DNA of 64,000 nucleotides from Dictyostelium discoideum (Eukaryota): NCBI GenBank assembly GCA_000004695.1, contig CM000154.2, positions 2,592,001 to 2,656,000 of the forward strand, read 5' to 3'. Shown piece by piece: positions 12,715 to 22,759 of this stretch (position 1 is its first letter; each line of letters starts with the position of its first letter). The notes under the pieces were generated by a model. It saw only the letters and a program-made list of their open reading frames with translations, ran no database searches and was not told where the DNA came from. The position numbers and the translations under genes were made by a program.

Positions 12715-14297
12715 TTAAATTAATAATCTTTTATCAATTTTATCTTTAAATGAATTATAAATTGTTGGATTAATTAAAGATAAAATTTTATCTTTAATTC
12801 TTTGTAATTCTTCAGGTGATGAAATTTTTGAATTTTTTAATTGTTTGAAATATTCATAATAGTTTCTATCAGATAAAGGGTAAAAATCAATTGGTTCGCC
12901 ATTAATCAATGGTAAAGATTTAATACTACGTTCAGAGATTTCAACGATTTGTTGTAGTTCTTCATTATCAGATGCATCACAATTAAATACTGATTGAATA
13001 TGTTTGGGTACACCTTTTTGAAGAATATTTGAAAGTTGTTCAGAGGAGAACATCTTTTTAAATTCAACCGATTGTTGTCTAAAATCGATCATTTTTCTTA
13101 AATGTTTAATCTTATTAAATGTACGTTCATCTTGATTATCTGGTGAATCTATATCCATTACTTTACCAAGTTTATCTTCAAGTTGATCGAATTATCAGGA
13201 AGTGACTTTTCTTTAACTGACATATCTTTAATTTCAACAGTTCTTGAATGTGAATATTTTGAACAAACTAAACCAATACCAGTATCTAATGGATTTGTTA
13301 AACTTGGTTCATGATATACTATTGAGTCATTTAGTAATGGTTCTTTACATTTTTCACAAAGATAACCAGATAGGTTACTTTGAAATTCACAAAGTGGACA
13401 TTGACAAAAGAAATAGTAACCATCCAATAATTCTCGTCTACGATTTTTTAAAGGGTATTCATTTGCCAAATATCCAAGAGATAGTTCATCACCTTTTTTA
13501 ACATTTGAGGACGTTGAAAATAGTAACATACCTTGATCATCCAATGACCATGTCGTATTTGGCATACAAGAATGATTGAAATAACCAGTTGGACAAACAC
13601 CTCTACCAATCTCTTTACTTGTAGCATAGGAAAATTGATGAGCATTTGTCAAAACTGAGGAAAAGCATTCCAATATTTCATGGATTGTAATAGTGTTTTT
13701 TAAGTATCCAACACCACGTACTGATGATATTAAACTACTTATTGAAGTTACACCACGTTTAAATTTTGTCATATGTTCTTTATCAACTTTATCCAATGTA
13801 CTCGTTAAACCCATGAAATCCTGATAATCATCAACTATATTATCTTTCAATTGACTGCTTTCCACAATAAACAGTTGGGTTACTTGGAGTTTGCATTCCT
13901 TGTTTACCATTTGCGATGTTTGCAATGATTCTTAACAATAACCTCATATCACGTGTATCTGAACCTAAATGAAAAGTACTTAAAATTTTATAAAAACCAC
14001 AAACCTCTTTATGATAATCTGAAATGGTTCCACAGCACTTTCATTTATCGATCTACATGATTTACAAACTGAATAAAGCTTACAATTTTTACAAAGACAT
14101 TCTTTACTATCAGATTTCGGAATTCTCTGTAAACAGAAACCACAATACTTTTCAGTTGCCAATTTATCAGAATCTTCAATTGATGAAGCGAATGGCGCAC
14201 ATCTAAATACAGTACTACCCTTTGGCAAATCAGTATTGGCTTGCACAGTTCTTCCTTTATTTGGAAATTGTTGAAATTGTTTCTCATCCTTTTTCAT
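12715..14297 (-). CDS. SET and MYND domain protein (SMYD-like lysine methyltransferase). It is multi-exon and has an apparent frameshift near 13185-13195.
   Basis: Exon 1 (about 14040..14297) reads MKKDEKQFQQFPNKGRTVQANTDLPKGSTVFRCAPF... (SET N-part) and CGFCLQRIPKSDSKECLCKNCKLYSVCKSC (MYND Cys ladder). After an unresolved short intron at about 13936-14040, the body (13186..13935) carries GRGVCPTGYFNHSCMPNTTWSLDDQGMLLFSTSSNVKKGDELSLGY (SET core NHSCxPN, ELxxxY) and the post-SET CQCPLCEF...CEKCKEP. The reading frame switches between '...SLPDNSI' and 'DQLEDKLGKVMDIDSPDNQ...', then continues to 12715. Confidence 0.6.
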
Positions 14298-14565
14298 TTT
14301 AGCATTAAATTGTTCCTCCTCTTCTTGAGTTTTCTTTATCTTTTCTCTATTTTCTCTTTATCTTGTTGATACTCTTTTTTATAATTTTCATTACTTTCAA
14401 TTGAAATCGCTTCCTCAATTGATTTTAAAGCATCATCTAATAGACATAAATCTCTTTTACCACGGGAATGTCTAAAATAAATCTTTGAAATTATTTTTAT
14501 AATTTCCTCTCTTATCAATTGAAATACCTTTTTCACTATTTTCAGCAAAAACAGATTGTTATTTT

Positions 14566-14688
14566 ATTTCTATTTTCATTTCTATTTCTATTTTTTTTAT
14601 TTTTTTATTATTTTTTTTACAATATGATTAATAACGAATACAATGAAAAAAAGGAAAACCTTTTTTGGATGGTATTTCAATAACTCCT
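14566..14688 (+). repeat. Dispersed duplicate of the promoter, 5'UTR and first 20 codons of the 8672 gene
   Basis: The segment 'tttcatttctatttctatttttttt...ttttttacaatatgattaataacgaatacaatgaaaaaaaggaaaaccttttttggatggtatttca' aligns with 8621..8740 at about 90% identity. Similarity stops abruptly at 14688. Confidence 0.6.
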
Positions 14689-15075
14689 TCACCTGTAAAA
14701 CTCCATCTTTACCAGGTACTGTTGTATAAATTACCCCATCAGGAGAACATCCAATTCTTTTGTCACCTGGCAATGGAAAGATACCTTTTTCGATAATTGA
14801 AGTCTCCAACTCATTAAAATAAAATTCTCTTGCTATTGGTTCTTGGCTTTTACCATGTTCCATTGCCTTTTTACAGTAGTCACTAAAGAATGGTGTTTTC
14901 TTTTTAGCCAATATTAATTTTAAATCATGTTGTGAAGTGTATGGATCAATTCCAATGGCAGCAGCTAATCTACTTCCAGTTAAAGAATACTTCTCTCTTG
15001 CTTTTTCCCATTTTTTAGTTCCTTGTACCAAATCTTCATCGATACATCGGTTTTGTATGGAGTTGTATTTTTACA
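14689..15075 (-). pseudogene. YqaJ-like (lambda-exonuclease-type PD-(D/E)XK) exonuclease domain fragment, truncated at both ends
   Basis: 'VQGTKKWEKAREKYSLTGSRLAAAIGIDPYTSQHDLKLILAKKKTPFFSDYCKKAMEHGKSQEPIAREFYFNELETSIIEKGIFPLPGDKRIGCSPDGVIY...DGVLQVKE' matches the YqaJ pattern. The upstream frame is closed by a stop at about 15075. The C-terminus runs into the duplicated fragment at 14688. Confidence 0.55.
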
Positions 15076-15541
15076 AACTGCTAATGATTTGAAAATCATA
15101 AACAATCAAACCTATTCAAATTGTCTAACGTTTTACTATCAAATGATTTCGAATATTAATTTCGAAAATGCTGAAGTAACCATATTAAAAGTCATACCAC
15201 CCAAAGATAGGTGTATGGAACAAATTAACCAAAGAGGTAGAACCTTTGAAGTCGGTAGTTTATCTATAGACTATGTTTCCAAATTAACCGATAAAATTCG
15301 ATCTCATTGTGTTAGCCAAGTTTTATCAAGACTTGAAAAACCAATAAAATGCTGTATCGATAGAGAATACAAAAGCAATGATGACCTGTTCAATGACATT
15401 TTCTTTAATGAAAATCCAAACTCAATTCCCACACCATCAAATACTCCAACTCAATCTCTTCAAAGTTCACACTCAAATCTTAGTTTTTATTACCCATCGA
15501 ATCAAGAGCAATATTTTAATATTCAAGATTATTTGAATTAA
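15023..15541 (+). pseudogene. Deoxynucleoside kinase (dNK family) C-terminal fragment
   Basis: '...AEVTILKVIPPKDRCMEQINQRGRTFEVGSLSIDYVSKLTDKI...' matches the dNK lid region ([35 protein letters not shown]). No P-loop or ERS/DRY N-terminal half lies upstream, where the opposite strand encodes the YqaJ-like fragment. Confidence 0.45.
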
Positions 15542-15638
15542 TAAAACTAAATTCTAAATAATACTATAAAAAAAAAAATAAAAAAAAAAATAAAAAAATA
15601 AAAATATATTTAAATTAAATAAAAAAAAGAAAAAAAAA

Positions 15639-15824
15639 ATGTCTACATTTGCCGATCTTCGTTCTGTTTCAGGTGCCTTACTAGGTGGTATGGGTAGTAT
15701 TGGTGTTGCCGCTCTTGGTGCTTACTTTATTTATACAAGTGAAATTGGAAGCGTTGATTTCTATATGGGTGTTGGTTTTGCTGCCTTTGGTTGTCTCTTG
15801 GTTTCGGATCATTATTCAAAATAA
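15639..15824 (+). CDS. Small Gly-rich hydrophobic protein (61 aa, predicted two transmembrane segments)
   Basis: The start context is aaaaaaATGtct. The ORF is markedly GC-richer than its surroundings, and MSTFADLRSVSGALLGGMGSIGVAALGAYFIYTSEIGSVDFYMGVGFAAFGCLLVSDHYSK has GxxxG-like packing motifs. Confidence 0.45.
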   Translation: MSTFADLRSVSGALLGGMGSIGVAALGAYFIYTSEIGSVDFYMGVGFAAFGCLLVSDHYSK

Positions 15825-15949
15825 AAATGATTAAAGAAAAGAAAAAAAAAGAAAATAAAAATTAAGATAACTAGATTTCAATTATTTTAATTATTATTTA
15901 TTAATATTATTTATTTTATTTAAAATAAAAACAAAAATAGTTGATGGTT

Positions 15950-16345
15950 TTATTTGTTTTTTTCTTCATTTTCTTTTGGCACATCACATAATCTAACAAC
16001 TTTTCCATCTATATACTGAAGATTTGTTAATAATTCGGTTCTTTCTTTAAAACGATTTTTTTTAATAAAATTGGTATATTCGTAGAGGCTCAAACCCTTC
16101 ACTCCATGACCAAATACCATTTTACAATCTTCAAAGTAACCTCTTGAGAATTTATAATGATTATAAAGGATAATGTCAATTATTTTTACCATTTTTACTT
16201 TACAGTCAGTTGTACATACACAAGGTTCAAACTCGGGGAATTCATCTGGATCTGTTAATAGCCACATGTATTTACTCTTATTTTCCTCAGCTTCTTCAAT
16301 GGATAAATTTGAATGTGGGCACTTATTAGTAGCTCTTTCTTCCAT
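15950..16345 (-). CDS. Hypothetical protein (131 aa)
   Basis: The start context is taaataATGgaa. The ORF is intact with moderate GC content, and no recognisable domain was found. Confidence 0.4.
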   Translation of the reverse strand: MEERATNKCPHSNLSIEEAEENKSKYMWLLTDPDEFPEFEPCVCTTDCKVKMVKIIDIILYNHYKFSRGYFEDCKMVFGHGVKGLSLYEYTNFIKKNRFKERTELLTNLQYIDGKVVRLCDVPKENEEKNK

Positions 16346-16427
16346 TATTTAAGTTGTAATTATAAATATATATGTTTGTGTGATAATTTTTTTATTTTTA
16401 ATGTTAGTAAAAAATGTTTAAAAAAAA

Positions 16428-16757
16428 TTAAATTATTATTTTTAAAAAAAAAAAAAAATAGAAAAAACACCGTGGGTGTGGTGTTTTTTTTTTTTGGAAA
16501 ATAAAAATAGAAACACCCAGGAAGCAGTTTTTTTTTTTTTTGCCATCACTTATTTTTTTGAGTTCTTGTGCAGTTGCAAAGGTTCTAATTGGCTCTTGTT
16601 TTTCTCTAAGTCTTTGCAATCGTCTTCTTTCACTTTCTTCTTGCATCAACCTTCTTCTTTCTTCTTGTTCAGCCATTCTTTGTTGTGCTTTTTTAATTTT
16701 AATTAATTTGACCGTTTCAGGATCTGCTTCAATTTCTTTTTTTTGACGGGCACCCAT
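16428..16757 (-). CDS. Small Arg/Glu-rich coiled-coil protein. The real 3' end is probably near 16540-16560 or spliced, because the ORF tail runs through poly(A) tracts.
   Basis: MGARQKKEIEADPETVKLIKIKKAQQRMAEQEERRRLMQEESERRRLQRLREKQEPIRTFATAQELKK is GC-rich and well formed. The remaining 40 codons are low-complexity read-through. Confidence 0.4.
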   Translation of the reverse strand: MGARQKKEIEADPETVKLIKIKKAQQRMAEQEERRRLMQEESERRRLQRLREKQEPIRTFATAQELKKISDGKKKKNCFLGVSIFIFQKKKTPHPRCFFYFFFFLKIII

Positions 16758-17389
16758 CGTTTTTTTTTAAAAATAAACCTAATGATTTATACATGTTTAT
16801 ATTTAATAATTGAGAATTTTTTATTTTAAGACAATGGTTTTGAATTCTTTTTTAAAAAAATCATTATAAATTTTCTTTGATTCATTACATTTTTGTTTCT
16901 ATCAAATGATCACTTTCTAATGATTTTATATTAATAGTCATTAGAAAGTCCATTAGCTACTTAGGAATTCTATAGAAAATCGTTGAAAATTTTAGTTTTG
17001 TTTTCTTTATAATGGTTATCTTCTAAAGATTTTTAAATAGAAAATCTATGGATAATAATAGTTTCTAATTAGAAATCTTTAAACAATCATTGGAAATCGT
17101 TGAATTTTTCTTTGGCTTATTTAATAGTTTTCTATCTAATGATCACATCCATACCGTTATCTATTGAAAACTATTCCAACAAAAAATCTAATGGCCTTCA
17201 ATAAAGTAATATTAAATTATAAAAAAATAAAAAGAAAAGAAAAAAACAATCCAAACCAATAGATGGGTTTCATTGAAAGAATATTTTAAAAAAGATTAAA
17301 GTTTTTATTTTAAAGAATTTTTGTATTGATTTCATAAAGGAAATCATTAAAATGTTTTTTAACAATGGTTTTGAATTAAAAGATAACCT

Positions 17390-18760
17390 TTAATATTTCT
17401 TCACCCAAGTTTCTTCAGCTCCATCTTTAATGAGTTCATATCCCTCCTCTGCAGTGATTCTAATTCCATCACCTACTTCACGTGCAGTATTGGCGATACC
17501 ATCACCTACATCATGTGCAGTATTGGCGATATCATCACCAATCTCATTGACACCTTCTCTCCATGCTTGATAACCTTGTTGAGCATAATTACGAGCACCG
17601 TTGCCAGCTTTTTGTACACCATTTCTCATGGAATTGTAACCTTCATTAGCATAATTACGTGCACCATTACCAGCTTTTTGTGCACCATTTCTCATGGAAT
17701 TGTAACCTTGATTAGCATAACGAGTAGCTCTGCTACGTATAGAGTTACCAACACCATTAGCAGTACGAGAAATAGAACCACCAGCTCTGGAAGCAACTCC
17801 TGCGGCACCACCCTCAGCACCGGCTGCTGCACCAGCTGCTGCTGCACCGGCGCCAGCAACAATAGCACCCCTGCAATACCAACATCTATAGCAATTAATT
17901 GATCATCCGAAACCTGAAAGTTTGAATGTGGATTTTGATTCTGATTTTGATTTTGATTTTGATTTTGATTTTGATTTGAATTCTTATTTCTTGATGCGAA
18001 AGCATTTGATATTCTTAGGTAGTAGCCTTGCGAATGAAAAGTATAATCCTCTTCAGTTCTATTACAGAAATCACTGCCTTCTATGGCCACTTCACCAGTT
18101 CTGAATGGTATACCCTCTGGAAATATTTGAGATTGATCAGCTTTTAAAGATGATTCGACGAAATGTTTGGTATGTTGATTAGTTTGACCATCCCATACAA
18201 AACCTGGCTCTTTTTCAATATTAAAAGATGGAGCATTGATATCCATATTATAAAAAGATGCAAGGATATCTATCCCATCCCAAACCATTTTCATCAGGGT
18301 AAGCAGTATCAAATTCTGGTTCAAAACCAAGATTGTCCCATGAGTTGAATTGAGTTTTGAATTGGTGGAGTAGAGCTTGTTCAACAGGTGTTACTTGGTT
18401 ACTGGTTCCTTTATCATTCAATCCGGGGAAACGCATATAGCACACAATGAAATCACGTTCAACATGGTTACGTCTACTGTGATCAGCAATTCTGTCCCGA
18501 ACATCAATAGTGGATCTTCCGATATAATATAGTGGAAGCATGTATTCATTACCGTCGATGATTTCATTGGCAGTCGAGAAAATTGCATAGATACCGGCGT
18601 TATTGCATTCAAGTGGACCATATCCACCGTTTTGGTTAATAACACTATTACATGCCCAAATATTATGAGTAGTGGGGTGCAAATCGCCTGGAGGTGGATA
18701 GAATGAAGCAATTGCTTTTTCATACCCTAAAGAAAATTGGATACTACTACAAAAAACCAT
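17390..18760 (-). pseudogene. Composite ORF in three frames: a GIY-YIG-like motif region, an (NQ)n tract, and Gly/Ala-rich 24-aa repeats. It has two frame switches, so it is a probable pseudogene or carries sequencing errors.
   Basis: Frame 1 (18760..18290) contains '...AGIYAIF...YIGRSTIDVRDRIADHSRR'. Frame 2 (18384..about 17880) contains '...NKNSNQNQNQNQNQNQNQNPHSNFQVSDDQ'. Frame 3 (about 17870..17390) contains 'GAIVAGAGAAAAGAAAGAEGG...RYANQGYNSMRNGAQKAGNGARNYANEGYNSMRNGVQKAGNGARNYAQQGYQAWREGVNEIGDDIANTAHDVGDGIANTAREVGDGIRITAEEGYELIKDGAEETWVKKY'. The switches are near 18290 (GLGWD/VWDG) and about 17875. Confidence 0.4.
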
Positions 18761-18883
18761 TACAAAATAAACAATTAATTTTAGTTTATTGAAATTAAAT
18801 TGTATATAATAATGAAAAAAAAAAATATTAAATAGTAAAAAAAAATATTTGTAATTTAATTATTTGTTTCCAATTCAACTGTC

Positions 18884-19114
18884 ATGAATTGTGATTTAAA
18901 TGTATTGACAATCATTTTCAAAGAGATTGAAAATTATCTAATTCAATTCTTCCTAAATTCAAATCGTATAGAGATGAATGATTTTGAAAGACATCAATGG
19001 TATATTGATAATGTATTAAGTACAAAGTTAGAAAAACCAACCGAGTTAAGATACTTTTATACAATTCTATATAAAGTAAAAACCCAACAAGATATTGACT
19101 ACTCTTGCCAGTAA
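18884..19114 (+). pseudogene. Fragment (76 codons) paralogous to an internal block of the 8672 gene
   Basis: MNCDLNVLTIIFKEIENYLIQFFLNSNRIEMNDFERHQWYIDNVLSTKLEKPTELRYFYTILYKVKTQQDIDY aligns with MNCDLNILTIIFKEIENYPIKFFLSTSCREMNDFKRHQWYIDNVLRSMLETPIQFRYFNRILYKLKTEQDVDY. Confidence 0.6.
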
Positions 19115-19741
19115 ATGGTATCTCTGAAAGAGAAAATGAGAAAATATCTCAACAAGCCAGAGAATTCATGAAATCTATGCTCTGAAGTTGATTGATGCAA
19201 TCCATTGTTATCACAGGTGGTAAATCTGTAACAATCTTTTCAACCATATGGTTTAAATGAAGAATAAATTTTAAACATCGCAATCTATCATTGAATTTGT
19301 TTGGAGAAACCTGATCGTATCCAAGTCACTTCAGTTGTATCAACGTATACCCTGCAAGACATCCATTGTTTGATATCTTTAAAAATCCACCAGAGTTCGG
19401 CTATGGTTGTCCAATATGTAAACTAAAACAAAAAGTTTGTTCCGCCGTTGATTCTGTTAGTCGTTCTGGGTATACCCGTACTCATACTTGTTATTCCATT
19501 CATCAATTATGTAGAACTAGTGATCCACCTTCTCAAGGCTATTGATATTGGTGGTAATTTCCTTTGTTCTAATTATAACAAATTTATTTGTAACAGAAAC
19601 ACAAGCAACAACACCACCACCTATTTCAAGACAAAAAATTTAGGATTCTGATTATAGTCAATCGCCACTTCTACTGCAAATTATCGTGGAGCAATGAGAC
19701 TATTAATTCAATTCAAAAGGATTTATACTTGGTAAATAATG

Positions 19742-19778
<37 letters not shown>

Positions 19779-19779
19779 G

Positions 19780-19825
<46 letters not shown>

Positions 19826-19989
19826 AGCATCAACAACCATTCAACAGGTTTATCAAGTGGTGTTTCATTACAATAATAATTAAATAAATATTGAATATTA
19901 TTGAAAAATAAATAAATATATTTTTTTTTTATAGTTTAATTTTTTTTGAATTTTAATTATTTTGAATTTTTTTATATTAGAAATTCGAT

Positions 19990-20286
19990 GTGTGTATTAA
20001 TCATCCATATCTCTTTAAAGAAGAATGGGATATCAATGAAGATTTAATTAGAAGTAGTGGTAAATTTGATACTATGGATCTAATTCTTACAAAGATGCAA
20101 GCCTCCAAACATCGTGTACTCATTTTCACTCAAATGATAGAGGTTATCAATTTTATGGAAGAGTATTTCTCTCTCAAAGAATGGGGTTATCTTCCTTAAG
20201 ATGGTTCTACTAAACCAGAGGAACGTGCTAATCTCATTGTCGAATGGAATCGTCCAGATTCACCTCATTGGATTTTTGTTTTATCA
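19990..20286 (+). pseudogene. SNF2/ISWI-family ATPase helicase-C fragment with a premature stop
   Basis: 'INHPYLF...LIRSSGKFDTMDLILTKMQASKHRVLIFTQMIEVINFMEEYFSLKEWGYLP*DGSTKPEERANLIVEWNRPDSPHWIFVLSTQ*' matches the SNF2 helicase-C region. A stop replaces the conserved R of YLRLDGST, and no N-terminal ATPase lobe lies upstream. Confidence 0.6.
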
Positions 20287-20449
20287 ACTCAATAATATAT
20301 TTTTTTTGAGATTCATTGAAAAATTTAAATAAATAGATATAAAAAAAAATTTAAGAAAAAAAATTTAATTTGCGAGTGGATAAAATATTTAATTTTTATT
20401 TTTTTTTTTTTTAAAAATTTGAATTTTAATGATTTTAAAATCGATTTTT

Positions 20450-22759
20450 TTAATTTGATTTATAAATTGGAATTAAAATTGAAGCAGCAAATCCTTGAGA
20501 AAAACTACCTTGATTACAAGTTGGATTACCAACAACATAGCCTGGTTGAACAACTAATGAATTAGTTTTAATTGAAACATAACTACCTTCAAGAGCTTCC
20601 AAATTATTGTCAACTGTGAAATTTGCAACCTTGTTACCGTTAATATCAATTACAGCAATATCGTAATAATGATGACCAAGAGCACCTGAATAGTAATATG
20701 TTGAGGCTAATCCAGCAAAATGAGTTTTAACATTGAAAGTACCAACTCTATCACTTCCATTGGTCATTACGAATTGCATTGGTACTGATGTAAAATTCTT
20801 TACAGTTGGGAAAGATAATTTAAACATTCCACTATATTTACCGACCATATTGTAATAGGTCACAGAGGTAGCTAAATTCCAACCATAGGAAGATGTGAAA
20901 ACTTCTTGTTTTGAAACTCCATTATTCCATAACTTATCGGTTAAAGCTTTTGGAGGATGGGAGTTACAGTTATCGATTTCCGCCATAATATAGGTTCCAG
21001 TACTATCAGTATAAGAGTAATCATCACTTGAAACTGGTGCATAGTAACCAGCTGGTGTAAAGTAAATTTGATAATTAGTTGGTAATAACATTTGAATCAT
21101 TGCAGTTTGGTAAGCTATAGAAGCTATGGTAGAAATTTTTTGAAAGTCTAATCCATTGATATTGAGTGAGGATGGATTATTGGTTGGTAAGAAACATAAT
21201 GCAAAGGTTTTACTCATCATGCCCCAATCTTGTAAAATGGTATTTTTCATACTTTGAGCATTTGCCATTTCATTTTCATAATTTTCATTTAAATGATCAT
21301 AGAGTTTACTTAATGTAACTTGATAGGTTGATGGGCCTGAATCATTACTTTCAGCATCTAATTCACCAAATTCTACTGCTGACTCACCAATGTTTGCAAT
21401 TATTGAACCACCAATTGGTATCTCTGAAATAATTGCATAAAAAACACTGGTAATTGCATCGGTGTAATCTCCATTAACAACTTGGTCAGATGACATATCA
21501 ACATTAATTAAATTTGCCAAGTTTGTTAAATTTGTACTACCTTGACTAAATAATTTACTATAAAAATCGGAATAGTTATCAAATACTAAACGGACATTGA
21601 TTGCGTAGGTGAGTTCATTTTTGATTTGATTTTGAACATTTGAAAAATCTTCAGTTGAATGAATTGATGATGGACAAGTTGCATTGGTGACATTAACATA
21701 GAAAATTTCTAAACTAACATTAATACTTGTATAAAGTGATCTAATGTCATCAGTATAACCATTTGTTGCAATATTACTAAGGTATTGGTATGATGCTAAT
21801 AAATCACCACTTGTGTAAGCTGGAAATGGTTCTGGTACTTCACTAACAATTTGGTTTAATGAATAGGTTGGATTTGCAATCCATTGGAAATTAATATTAC
21901 CAGCACTAGTTGGTTGAGCTAATACACAATTAACAGTTGAATCAACTCCAAGTTCGCCAACGAATCCAATACATAAATTTGGATAATATTGATTGAAAAT
22001 TTGATTATTTTCGTTGATACCCCATTGTTGCATTAGATCATTTGCTTTGTAAACATTGGTATTTAAATAATAGTTTGTTTTACTACCATTAATTGATGGA
22101 CCAATATCTAATACTAAATTACCATCCAAACGTGATAAAATGTGACCATCGTTTGTCATTTGCCAAATTTGACCTATTGATTTTGCTTGAACTTTATTCA
22201 TTACTACACTAGTATTATATGATGTACTATTATTTAATACACTTAGACCCCAATAATTATTATTGGAATCCAATTTTTTGCTTTGAAAGTAACCCCAATT
22301 ACCAGTTGGAATTGGTGCTCTTCTAAAAGTTGTCCATTTTTGAGTTGCGTTTCCATTTAAAGGTGCAACACAAATATTCAAATTGTCGATATCAAGGTAT
22401 TTACCATTACCTTGGTTTTGAATTTTATTATTTGTTGTATCAATTGTCCAAATTTGAGTTTTTGAATTTGAATTAAGTTGTACTAATTCAACAAAATAAC
22501 CACCTGATGAAACATCTAAAACAAAATTACCACTGGATGTAAAGATATGACCATCATCTGAAAGAAGCCATGTTTGAATTGACTCAGATGCTACACATTG
22601 GAATGTATTACTGGTTGATAAATAATATGGTGTAATATTATTTGAACCTTTGAATAAACTTTTTGCTGCGAATGGGTATTTTGTTTTTGAACTTGTACTT
22701 TTTAATTGTTTTTCTTCACTTTGATTTGAAGATTTTGAAATATCTTCAATATTTATCAT
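20450..22759 (-). CDS. Ricin-B (beta-trefoil) lectin-domain protein with a large C-terminal domain of unknown function (769 aa)
   Basis: Repeated QxW motifs (TQIWTI, TQKWTT, GQIWQM, MQQWGI, NFQWIA) in the first 300 aa or so indicate two (QxW)3 beta-trefoils. The C-terminal 110 aa are duplicated as a fragment at 24286..24615. Confidence 0.55.

Noticed and set aside
14336-14548. 70-aa minus-strand ORF upstream of the SMYD start
   Set aside because: It is in a different frame from SMYD exon 1 and Lys/Glu/Ile low-complexity. It is probably 5'UTR or random.
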